DNA of 64,000 nt from positions 262,226-326,225 of the forward strand of contig BQJP01000001.1 of assembly GCA_021604765.1 (NCBI GenBank), given 5' to 3'. Within the stretch, counting starts at the first letter, position 1, and each line of letters opens with the position of its first letter. A program made the translations under genes and the position numbers. The DNA comes from Thermodesulfobacteriota bacterium (GTDB lineage Bacteria; Desulfobacterota_D; UBA1144; Nemesobacterales; UBA2774). Of the stretch, positions 47,410-55,692 are shown in pieces. The notes below the pieces were generated by a model, which was given only the letters and a program-made list of their open reading frames with translations, did no database searches and had not been told where the DNA came from.

Positions 47410-48447
47410 ATGTTTAGAATACTTTTGATCCGAATCTCATTAGCTTTTCTATGCTTTTTCCTATTCTCTCCTATCATCACACATGCGTATGAGCCGAAAC
47501 CCACGAGTGTTATAAAAAGTGGTAATACTGGGGGAAAACCGAAACAGGTTCAAGTTGGAATATACGTGATAAACATTGAAGAGGTGAACAGTGCGAAACA
47601 AAGTTATCAAGCAACAATTGCCTTAGATATGAAATGGAACGACCCCACTCTGATATGCGGTCCGTCGGAAGATAAAGGCATAATCCGTAAGTTTAACCTT
47701 AAAGATATTTGGAACCCGAGCATGATTATAGCCAATCAGGAGCATATTGAAAAACAGTTCACGTATCAAGCCTGGGTAGATTGTTTAGGCAATGTAGAAT
47801 ACACGGAGATTGTGTTCGGCGACTTTTTGACAATTGCAAATATTAAGGAATTTCCATTTGACCAGCGCCCTTTGACAATTGAATTAGTTTCTACGGAATT
47901 CGATACCAGTGAATTGCAATTTGTTAATGACAAATCGATCACTGGGCGTGATTCAGATCTCTCCGTTGCAGACTGGTATATTGATAAAGTACCCGTTGCC
48001 GAGTCGACGGCTTATCATTTCAAACCCGGAAATCGTGAGCTTTCATCGTTTGTTTATACACTCTCAGCTAAACGTAATTCTAGTTTCTTTGTGTGGAAGA
48101 TAATTATCCCGCTTATTCTGATTGTAATAATGTCGTGGGCAGTATTCTGGATTCCCCCGAGTCAGTTAGGGCCTCAAATCGGCTTATCTATGACCTCGAT
48201 GCTCACACTGATTGCTTATCGTTTTGCCATAGGGCATGTCGTACCTGACGTTTCCTACCTTACCCGCTTTGACAAATTTGTATTTGGTTCCACATTGCTG
48301 GTATTTCTGGCTTTTGCAGAGGCCATAGTAAGTGGGTCTCTAAGTTACGAGAATAATGATAAGCTGGCTAAAACAATAGACTTTTATTCACGCTTTATAT
48401 TTCCGGCAATATTCATATGTATATTGATCTATTCGTTGTTTCTATAA
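47410..48447 (+). CDS. Prokaryotic pentameric ligand-gated ion channel (GLIC/ELIC-like)
   Basis: 'KWNDP', 'IWNP', 'EFPFDQ', four TM helices and 'VPDVSYLTRFD'. Confidence 0.9.
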   Translation: MFRILLIRISLAFLCFFLFSPIITHAYEPKPTSVIKSGNTGGKPKQVQVGIYVINIEEVNSAKQSYQATIALDMKWNDPTLICGPSEDKGIIRKFNLKDIWNPSMIIANQEHIEKQFTYQAWVDCLGNVEYTEIVFGDFLTIANIKEFPFDQRPLTIELVSTEFDTSELQFVNDKSITGRDSDLSVADWYIDKVPVAESTAYHFKPGNRELSSFVYTLSAKRNSSFFVWKIIIPLILIVIMSWAVFWIPPSQLGPQIGLSMTSMLTLIAYRFAIGHVVPDVSYLTRFDKFVFGSTLLVFLAFAEAIVSGSLSYENNDKLAKTIDFYSRFIFPAIFICILIYSLFL

Positions 48448-48496
48448 TCCAGCTCAGCTCTGAAATGATAATTTTCTAGTACCGGAGGCGATACAA

Positions 48497-48568
48497 AAAG
48501 TCGCAGATTCTCTGCCTCCTCACCCCGAAACAGGGAAAATAAAACGCTTTATCCCACTTAATAAATAA
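48497..48568 (+). pseudogene. Duplicated 3' end of the PaaK-like gene
   Basis: Encodes KVADSLPPHPETGKIKRFIPLNK* versus EVVDSLPRHPETGKIKRFIPL*. 48506-48559 matches 47285-47338 at 48/54 nt. Confidence 0.85.
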
Positions 48569-48608
48569 ATTTAAGTATCATATCTAACCTATTGTTAATT
48601 AAGTAGAA

Positions 48609-49115
48609 TTAATATAGCCAACTTCTGTATTCAGAGTTGTTATCCTTCATTTCTTCATAGAGCCAGACCATGCGGTCGAGGAACCATGTTTTTCCAAGAA
48701 AAACGAGCACAATTCCAAAGATGGTAGGCCAAATTGCGAGCACAATCAACCCATAGACGCATATGATAGCTCCGATTGAAGATACAGCTGTGAGAAAGTT
48801 GATAATCTTATAATGATGGCTGGGAACTGGGATATTTTTTCTATTTAGCCAAACCCTCTCACCAAGCACTGCTTTAGAAGTCCAGCTCTGTGTAGTTTTA
48901 GGCTTCTTAAAAATCCTCGGGTTTATATAGACCCAGACTAAGGCAGCTGCAACGGGCAAAACAGCCCACCATCCTATCCACACGCGGCACCATACAGCTA
49001 ATGCCAGAAGGGGCATTGTAGAATAACGCGTCCAGACGCTCCAGGGGTTGGCATGGCGTGCCCATACCTCATCTGTCATCTTAAAAAATTTAGCTATCGA
49101 TTTCTCAAGCGTCAT
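48609..49115 (-). CDS. Membrane protein (DUF6653-like)
   Basis: 'WARHANPWSVWTR', 'SKAVLGERVWL' and 'KTWFLDRMVWLY' motifs. Confidence 0.8.
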   Translation of the reverse strand: MTLEKSIAKFFKMTDEVWARHANPWSVWTRYSTMPLLALAVWCRVWIGWWAVLPVAAALVWVYINPRIFKKPKTTQSWTSKAVLGERVWLNRKNIPVPSHHYKIINFLTAVSSIGAIICVYGLIVLAIWPTIFGIVLVFLGKTWFLDRMVWLYEEMKDNNSEYRSWLY

Positions 49116-49142
49116 GGAACTTTATAATATCATAATAGCGCC

Positions 49143-49170
49143 TGTCATTTCGACTGAAGCGAGAAATCTC
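49143..49170 (+). repeat. REP-like palindromic element fragment
   Basis: tgtcatttcgactgaagcgagaaatctc resembles the GTCAT...GAAATCT class of extragenic palindromes; single copy in this window. Confidence 0.35.
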
Positions 49171-49258
49171 ATTTCATTAAGAGTAAATTTGTTTCTGGTA
49201 AAATGGGCGATTGTGAGCTACACTTATTTTTATATCTAAAAAGCAGGAGGCGTTAATC

Positions 49259-49411
49259 ATGAAAAGATTATTATTCACATTAGCAATTGCATTAGGACTA
49301 GCATTCGGAAGCTTTGCAATCACGTCTTCTGACGTGCAGGCTTGCAATGGTAAAGATAAAGGCGCTACAACTGAAGATACCACTGGTAGTTCAGAAGGTA
49401 CTGAGTCCTAA
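49259..49411 (+). CDS. Small secreted protein (50 aa), absent from the ORF track
   Basis: SD caggagg; MKRLLFTLAIALGLAFGSFAITSSDVQA-CNGKDKGATTEDTTGSSEGTES*; followed by a terminator. Confidence 0.75.
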   Translation: MKRLLFTLAIALGLAFGSFAITSSDVQACNGKDKGATTEDTTGSSEGTES

Positions 49412-49447
49412 TAACGCTTTACTTCATAATTTAGAAGAGAGGCAATA

Positions 49448-49493
49448 AAAAGCTCTGACCTAGTTAGAAATGACTGAGTCAGGGCTTTTTTTT
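49448..49493. terminator. Bidirectional intrinsic terminator
   Basis: aaaagctctgac...gtcagggctttt between convergent genes. Confidence 0.65.
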
Positions 49494-49494
49494 A

Positions 49495-49890
49495 TTAGTT
49501 ATTAAGATAGGCTTTTTCTAAAGCGGCTGTATCTTCAAACATTTTATATGAGATTATCTGTCCGTCCTTAACTTTACATACAAGTGACCATTCACATTCA
49601 AACATCCTGTCAGTTTTCTTAACCCTATGTTTCATAAGGCCAATCGCGAAAATATAATCATCTTTTTCCACAATATCATAGATTTCATATGCTTCGGTAT
49701 CGAAAAGCTCGCCTAGGATTCGGATAAAATCCCTGACGCCGTCTTTTCCGTAGAAGTTCCCGTATATAGGCACTGTGTCAGGTCCGGGCGCAGAGAATAC
49801 TGCGTCTTCGTGGACTGATTCAAGAGCTTTCTCTAAATCGCCTTCTTCTAATCCCATAAAGAATTTCTGTACTGCATTTAATTCGCTCAT
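49495..49890 (-). CDS. SnoaL/NTF2-like protein
   Basis: 'VPIYGNFYGKDGV' and 'VKDGQIISYKMFEDTA' motifs. Confidence 0.85.
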   Translation of the reverse strand: MSELNAVQKFFMGLEEGDLEKALESVHEDAVFSAPGPDTVPIYGNFYGKDGVRDFIRILGELFDTEAYEIYDIVEKDDYIFAIGLMKHRVKKTDRMFECEWSLVCKVKDGQIISYKMFEDTAALEKAYLNN

Positions 49891-49911
49891 TTTTTTCTTC
49901 CTATCGAAACC

Positions 49912-50310
49912 TTAAACTTCAATTTTATAAACACTGTCAGGTTTTATTTTAAATATGACCCTTACATCCCCCGGCTGATGATAGGGGTATTCATCAAGCC
50001 CTAAATATTTTTTGGCGAGTTTGTCTGTATGCTCCTTAGCGCCGTCATGAGTTTCTTCAACAACCTTTCCTCTTATCATTGCTTGCCTGTATGGATTTTC
50101 AGAATCAACAATCGCAAGAGCAACTCTCTTATCTTTTCTGAAATTGTCTGTTTTGACGCGGCCCTCTGCAGTGTTGACAAGAATATTCTCGCCATCTGAA
50201 TCAACCCACATCACGCTTACCTGTGGGGAGCCGTCTTTCATTAAAGTGGCAACCGAAGCAAAACTCTTACTTCCCGTGATAAGATTTTCTACAAATTCGT
50301 CTAAAGCCAT
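49912..50310 (-). CDS. PPOX-class F420-dependent oxidoreductase-like protein
   Basis: 'ATLMKDGSPQVSVMWVD', 'NTAEGRVK' and 'DKLAKKYLG' motifs. Confidence 0.85.
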   Translation of the reverse strand: MALDEFVENLITGSKSFASVATLMKDGSPQVSVMWVDSDGENILVNTAEGRVKTDNFRKDKRVALAIVDSENPYRQAMIRGKVVEETHDGAKEHTDKLAKKYLGLDEYPYHQPGDVRVIFKIKPDSVYKIEV

Positions 50311-50433
50311 TTTGCTGCCTCCTTTTAGTAGATAGAATTCGCTCTCATAAAATTACTAAGAAGTTGCATTTTAAGTCTAGCTTAAGGGTAGGGGATAATA
50401 AAGGAAATTAACTTGAATTTAATATTTTATGAG

Positions 50434-50466
50434 AAAAAAGGGACAAACCGCCTGGTATGCCCCTTT
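50434..50466 (-). terminator. Terminator after an IPTL-CTERM gene
   Basis: aaagggaca...tgccccttt stem with T-tract on the minus strand. Confidence 0.55.
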
Positions 50467-50488
50467 GTCATTTTGTTATTTGAAAAAC

Positions 50489-51568
50489 TTATATCTCTAA
50501 TTTAGCCTGACGACGTCTTAAGAAAACAACTGCGACACCAAGTAACATTACTACAGTAGCAATGAGCCCATACTCCGAAAGTGTTGGAACTTCCGCAACA
50601 AGCTGTTCACCCCTAACTACCAGGGCGGCAAATTGATTCGTCTCATCAGCTATGAATCCAATAACATCAATATCACCGTTGAACTGGTCTATTGTTACAA
50701 GGAAATTACCGTTTTCTATGCCGTTGGTAGTTGCTTCAGGTCCTATCCCATTACCTAAATGAGCTAGGACAGCGAAGAAGTCACCTATGCCATCAAAGTC
50801 TTTGGACCCTATAATATTATCCCCTATAATAAATTCGGGTGGGTATATGAGATTGTCTATGAATGTAGCGTTTCCGGTGGTTTGGTTTAGGATGTTGATT
50901 GCTCCGGGGGTGTTTCGATTGTCTGTGCACTGAAAAAGGGTGTCCATACCGTTAAAACCAATTGCGCTCCATGTATCGTCAGATCCTGTCGGCCCGAGAA
51001 CTGTCAAATTACCGGTTTGGGTATTAATAATGGCCAGTGAGTTTGCGGATACTGTATTGGTAGTGTTCTCAGCTTCCAATGCGTTACCCTCACCATTTAA
51101 ATGAGCGAAGAGAGTACCGTCGGATCTGAATGAAATATCAGAGACAAAATCTCCTCGTCCTAATTCCAGTGATCCTATTTCAGTCGCTTGTCCAGTATTT
51201 GGGTCTAATATTAACAAATATGAGTTGAATAACCCATTTCGTGTAAGCAGTATTGGATCTACGCCGTTTTCTTCGATTTTCTCACATACCGCGAAAAATT
51301 CTCCTGTATCAGGATGTATGTCCAGACCCGTACATCTGGTATAACCGTTTATAGTTCCTATTTCAGTTGGGGTGCCTGTATTAAGATTAATCGAATACAA
51401 TACTGAATCTAAAAATGGTGATAACCGTGGTTCGACTACTTCTTCTGGCGGCAGTTCCTTTATTTGAGATTCAGTGCCAATACCATATATTTTCAGCTGT
51501 GCCATTGCCGGTAATGCCGATACAACAAATAAAGTTAAGACTAAAAATAATCTTACTAAACTTTTCAT
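50489..51568 (-). CDS. IPTL-CTERM protein (beta-propeller-like)
   Basis: 'IN..TG..TEIG' repeats and 'DISFRSDGTLFA'; C-terminus VPTLSEYGLIA...FLRRR. Confidence 0.9.
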   Translation of the reverse strand: MKSLVRLFLVLTLFVVSALPAMAQLKIYGIGTESQIKELPPEEVVEPRLSPFLDSVLYSINLNTGTPTEIGTINGYTRCTGLDIHPDTGEFFAVCEKIEENGVDPILLTRNGLFNSYLLILDPNTGQATEIGSLELGRGDFVSDISFRSDGTLFAHLNGEGNALEAENTTNTVSANSLAIINTQTGNLTVLGPTGSDDTWSAIGFNGMDTLFQCTDNRNTPGAINILNQTTGNATFIDNLIYPPEFIIGDNIIGSKDFDGIGDFFAVLAHLGNGIGPEATTNGIENGNFLVTIDQFNGDIDVIGFIADETNQFAALVVRGEQLVAEVPTLSEYGLIATVVMLLGVAVVFLRRRQAKLEI

Positions 51569-51835
51569 ATATCCCTCCAAAAAAATGTTGTTTAATTTTA
51601 CAAACGTTTGTTTTTTGTGTTTCTAAAGATTGTTTTAATTTCGATTCAGTTAGAAGGGTTGAGACTAAAGACTAACGTTGCAAGGTTACTACTCTTTATC
51701 TCTGACCGCCATCTTCTTATCTAAGTTCGATATTATCATATCGAAAATGAGAATGCAATAAATATGTATATGTCTATATTGCAATATGCATCTTGGGAAT
51801 TGATTTGTTCTTGAACGGCCTAACAAGGGATTTGT

Positions 51836-52600
51836 TTACGAGGCATTCCAGCCGCCATCTACAGGAAGCAAGTGACCTGTAATAAATTCTGAGTTGTCAT
51901 CGCACAGAAATAATATTGAATGAGCGACTTCTTTCGCTGTTGCAATTCTGCCTAGTGGGTGGAGGCTCTTCATAAACTCAATAGCATCGTCCCTGTCTTC
52001 TGCTCTTTCAAGATAACCCTCTGTTACAAGAGGGGTCTCAACAAATCCAGGGCAGACAGCGTTCACTCTTATATGATTGGGCGCGTATTCAATAGCCATA
52101 CATCTTGTAAGCTGGGCAACAGCTCCTTTAGATGCGGCATAAGCAGCTACTCCTGAAAACCCCTTGAGTCCTATTACTGAAGAGCTATTTACAATTGCTC
52201 CGCTCCTTTGCTCCATCATGTGCGGGAGTACGTATTTGGACATCAGCCACATGCCCCTCACATTTACATTGAAAGTCTTATCCCACTCCAGGCTTGATAT
52301 TTCATGAGTAGCGCCGGGAAGAAGTATCCCCGCGTTGTTGATTAGAATGTCTATGTGTCCATATTTTTCCACTACATATTCTACTATTGCTTTACAGCAG
52401 TCTTCATCTGATATGTCATTAACAAGATAGTCTATTTCGGGGCCTAGTTTTCTGGATTCTTTTTGCACTTGCCTGAGCTTATCAACTCTTCTTCCGATTA
52501 TGACTACGTTTGCGCCTTCCTCGGTAAATAGTAGCGCTGTTTCTCTGCCTATCCCTGTTCCGCCGCCGGTTACAACTACAGTTTTATCCTTAAATCTCAT
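51836..52600 (-). CDS. SDR family oxidoreductase
   Basis: TGGGTGIG, NNAG, YAASK and VDGG motifs. Confidence 0.95.
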   Translation of the reverse strand: MRFKDKTVVVTGGGTGIGRETALLFTEEGANVVIIGRRVDKLRQVQKESRKLGPEIDYLVNDISDEDCCKAIVEYVVEKYGHIDILINNAGILLPGATHEISSLEWDKTFNVNVRGMWLMSKYVLPHMMEQRSGAIVNSSSVIGLKGFSGVAAYAASKGAVAQLTRCMAIEYAPNHIRVNAVCPGFVETPLVTEGYLERAEDRDDAIEFMKSLHPLGRIATAKEVAHSILFLCDDNSEFITGHLLPVDGGWNAS

Positions 52601-52880
52601 TGAGCTGGATCTCCATTTGGATATGTGAATATATCAAATTCTTGAATTTGTGCTTACCTTAAATCCTATAATATACAGTTTATTTGAGAACTACAATTAA
52701 CTATTCCTCCAATAAATTTTGCTTCAAATTTCTGACAGCAAAATTTTTGACATATACTAGATATATAGATGCTAGTAATATTGTAAAGGTTTCATAAGTT
52801 CTTATCGTTGGCTTTTTAAAAACAATGCTTCTATAAAATAGATTATATCTAGTTTCTATAAAGAAGAGATAGAGGAATAT

Positions 52881-53261
52881 TTATTTATTCTTGCGTGTCC
52901 ATGTGCCATCAAGTACTTTGACTCGCTCCTGACATGTGTCGGAAATTGATGAAAAAGTTAAATTCTTTTTGGTAACTGTGTATGAATAAGTTCCGGGATT
53001 GAAACAAGTATCGTCTTCAAAGGTAATATTATCCTTTGAAAGGCTGTATCTGCCATTAGTATCAGTATGGTCCTTAGATGAGGATTTAAATATGAAGAGC
53101 GAGCTATCTTTTAACTCAAGAGTTCCTAATTCCTCACCCTCGGTTTGGGTTGAATATTTAATCCAAGTCCCATCGGGTTCTGTTGGGTGCTGTTCTTTGC
53201 ATCCGAGAGTTAGCAGAAGTCCCAGTACCAAAACACAGTGAAGCGCTTTTTGTGAAATCAT
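52881..53261 (-). CDS. Lipoprotein (lipocalin-like)
   Basis: Lipobox 'LTLGC'; 'GTW' motif and two further Cys. Confidence 0.65.
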   Translation of the reverse strand: MISQKALHCVLVLGLLLTLGCKEQHPTEPDGTWIKYSTQTEGEELGTLELKDSSLFIFKSSSKDHTDTNGRYSLSKDNITFEDDTCFNPGTYSYTVTKKNLTFSSISDTCQERVKVLDGTWTRKNK

Positions 53262-53420
53262 TAGAACATTCTAAGCCATTAGCCTGTATTCCTCAAGTTT
53301 TAAAATTTGGTGCGCATTCTGAAAGCCAATCAATTGTCCAGAAGTCATAGTTTGCATTCTGAGCAGATCTGAGAGTAAAGAACCAAAGCCCTCTGTTTCT
53401 TTAAAAGCAAAGTTGTTCTT

Positions 53421-54344
53421 TTAAGCTGATAGTTTTTTCCTTCTGATGACTAGTAAGCCTGCAATTCCCAATATTGCCGCAAGGGTTATGAGTCCCCATT
53501 GTGAAATGGTCGGTATTGGATTGGGCAAAGGAGGGGCAAAAGGTCCCGGGTTGGCAGAACAGGAAAACCCATCGATTGATGCTGTAAGCCCCTCAGGCAG
53601 CGTCTTGCCGATTGATGTTGCCTCTCCAGTTTGAGTGTTTAGTTGGTAGAAGATTCCCTCACCTGTTCTGTCAGAACCATAAACATTTCCACGTGCATCA
53701 GCGTACATAGAGCCAAAAACTCCATTTGCCTCAAGTCCGGTAAGCCCTCTTTCTTCAAATGTGCCGGTTTCGATATCTATAGCTATTAGGGTTTGAGCAG
53801 GTACCTGAGATGCTCCAATATTTTGAGTGACTGCATAGAACAATCCATCTACAGGATTGTATGCAATATCTGATATACCAAAATTTGATCCAGCTATATT
53901 TATGGAGTTTACAACTTCTACTGTGTCAACATCTATAGCATGTATAATATTAAATACATTACTAGTGCCTCCAGCATTTACATATAATAAGTCGTCCCCG
54001 CCAAAATCTCCGACAGGATAAAGAGGCACGCTTGAAAGGCCTGCTATCGTTCCAAGCTCTTCAACACTACCGTTTGCAGATACTCGTACTAGTTGTAAAT
54101 CATCTCTTGTAAATGTCACACCGTAAGCGAAATTGTCTTTTTGTCTATATCCAGTCGCATTGATACGTCTTCCTGCATTGTTTGGTTCTATTTCAAATAT
54201 ATTTCTCTCTATATCATATTTGAGCAGTTGTCCTTCAGAGCTAAAGACTTGATAAAAAAGTCTGCTGCATTCAAAGGGCCGTTGTCCAAAAGCGTTTGTA
54301 GATAGAGTTGCAAAAATGGCAAAGAGTATGATTTTTAATAACAT
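53421..54344 (-). CDS. IPTL-CTERM protein (DUF6923-like propeller)
   Basis: 'INATGYRQKDNFAYG', 'SDIAYNPVDGLFY' and 'FGSMYADARGNVYG' motifs; C-terminus IPTISQWGLI...IRRKK. Confidence 0.85.
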   Translation of the reverse strand: MLLKIILFAIFATLSTNAFGQRPFECSRLFYQVFSSEGQLLKYDIERNIFEIEPNNAGRRINATGYRQKDNFAYGVTFTRDDLQLVRVSANGSVEELGTIAGLSSVPLYPVGDFGGDDLLYVNAGGTSNVFNIIHAIDVDTVEVVNSINIAGSNFGISDIAYNPVDGLFYAVTQNIGASQVPAQTLIAIDIETGTFEERGLTGLEANGVFGSMYADARGNVYGSDRTGEGIFYQLNTQTGEATSIGKTLPEGLTASIDGFSCSANPGPFAPPLPNPIPTISQWGLITLAAILGIAGLLVIRRKKLSA

Positions 54345-54476
54345 CTTCCCCTCCTAAAATTAAAATAAATAGTTTGTACTTTTAGATGCTGGAAAGTTGA
54401 TGTCGTTTCACTATTTAAAGAAATGATTGTTTGTTTTATGTTTGCTAATAATAGATGCATTATGAAAAAAAGAAAA

Positions 54477-54941
54477 TTATGGAATTCCATTAAGCGCCAG
54501 GTTTTTGTTTTTATACCTCTCATCAAGTGTAACTTCTTCTCCGAACCACTCAAGTGGTTCAAAGTTCGAGCTTTGTTCTTCTGTGTCAAATTCCACCTCT
54601 GCAACCACTAGTCCAGCTAAATCGCCAGAGTAAATATCAAGTTCTATCAGAAATTCTTCATAATCTATATCGTATCTGACTTTTAAGACCCGTCTGCCCT
54701 CGGTCTCTGGCCAATGCTCCAAGAATTCAGCTTCAGTGATTTCTTTCTCCACTTCTTTTCTGACAAGACCAGTGCCCGATTTTACAGTGTGATAACAGCG
54801 CTCGCCTTTTTTGCGCACTCTGATCTCAACATCGTTATCGGTGATCATAAGATAGCCCTGAATGATTTCACTATGGGGGTAGCGGTCAAGCTCTGAAGGG
54901 AGATTCTTTACTAAAAACTTTCTTTCAATTTCATGTGCCAT
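54477..54941 (-). CDS. CYTH domain protein (triphosphate tunnel metalloenzyme)
   Basis: 'EIERKFLV', 'IIQGYL', 'GLVVAEVEF' and 'RYKNKNLA' motifs. Confidence 0.95.
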   Translation of the reverse strand: MAHEIERKFLVKNLPSELDRYPHSEIIQGYLMITDNDVEIRVRKKGERCYHTVKSGTGLVRKEVEKEITEAEFLEHWPETEGRRVLKVRYDIDYEEFLIELDIYSGDLAGLVVAEVEFDTEEQSSNFEPLEWFGEEVTLDERYKNKNLALNGIP

Positions 54942-54951
54942 AGAGTGGTGG

Positions 54952-55692
54952 TTATAAAACTGATTTTATTTCTTTCCAGAGGTCCTTATATGCCTGGGTT
55001 GAGTCGGAATGAGGGCTTGTCACTGGTAAAGGTTCCCGGTGTATGCCCATCTTCTCAACATCAGAGCGGTAGGGGATTTTAGATTCGAAGATATTCTTTC
55101 CTTCTTCCACAATTTTATTCATAGTTTCCTGATGGAGCGTTTTTCTGGTTTCAACCATTGAGAAGAAGGTGTATATCTTCTTAGAGTCTATGTCATTTTT
55201 CTTAAAGAACTTAATCAATTTCTCATAAGTTAGCTCGGACAATGTTGTTGGAATTAGTGGGACGATAATAATGTCAGCGGCATTGAAAACATTCTCTGAG
55301 ATAAGAGATATTCCAGGGGGGCAGTCCATAAATAGATAGTCGTAGTCGTCTTCGAGTTCCTTGAATATTTGCTTAAGTCTTTTCTTTGAATTCTTAAGCG
55401 CATCAAGAGCAAGGTCCAGATTCCGATAAGATAGCTTAGAGGGGAGCAGGTCAAGATTGGGAAAATCGGTGCCTTTGATATTCTTGTCTATATGCTTTCC
55501 ACCCTTAATGAACTTATTGGTGTTGAAGTTCTTAGAAGCGCGGATTCGGAAATAATATGTTGATGCTCCCTGAGGATCCAAATCGCAGAGTAGGGCGTTA
55601 AAACCATCTTGTGCAGCTAAATAAGATAAATTGACTGAGGCTGCTGTTTTCCCAACACCGCCCTTCATGCTGTATATTGCTATTTTTTTCAT
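54952..55692 (-). CDS. ParA/MinD family ATPase
   Basis: KGGVGKT, DLDPQG and DCPP motifs. Confidence 0.95.
   Translation of the reverse strand: MKKIAIYSMKGGVGKTAASVNLSYLAAQDGFNALLCDLDPQGASTYYFRIRASKNFNTNKFIKGGKHIDKNIKGTDFPNLDLLPSKLSYRNLDLALDALKNSKKRLKQIFKELEDDYDYLFMDCPPGISLISENVFNAADIIIVPLIPTTLSELTYEKLIKFFKKNDIDSKKIYTFFSMVETRKTLHQETMNKIVEEGKNIFESKIPYRSDVEKMGIHREPLPVTSPHSDSTQAYKDLWKEIKSVL

Noticed and set aside
49177..49383. Track ORF on the minus strand (68 aa)
   Set aside because: Antisense shadow of the better supported plus-strand ORF 49259-49411.
53290..53400. Possible remnant of another propeller/IPTL gene (…DWLSECAPNFKT*)
   Set aside because: Similarity to AWLDTCGP in the 16511 gene is too short to be significant.
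10192..54344. Classical integron cassette array
   Set aside because: Gene orientation is mixed, and no attC-like sites or intI gene were recognised.
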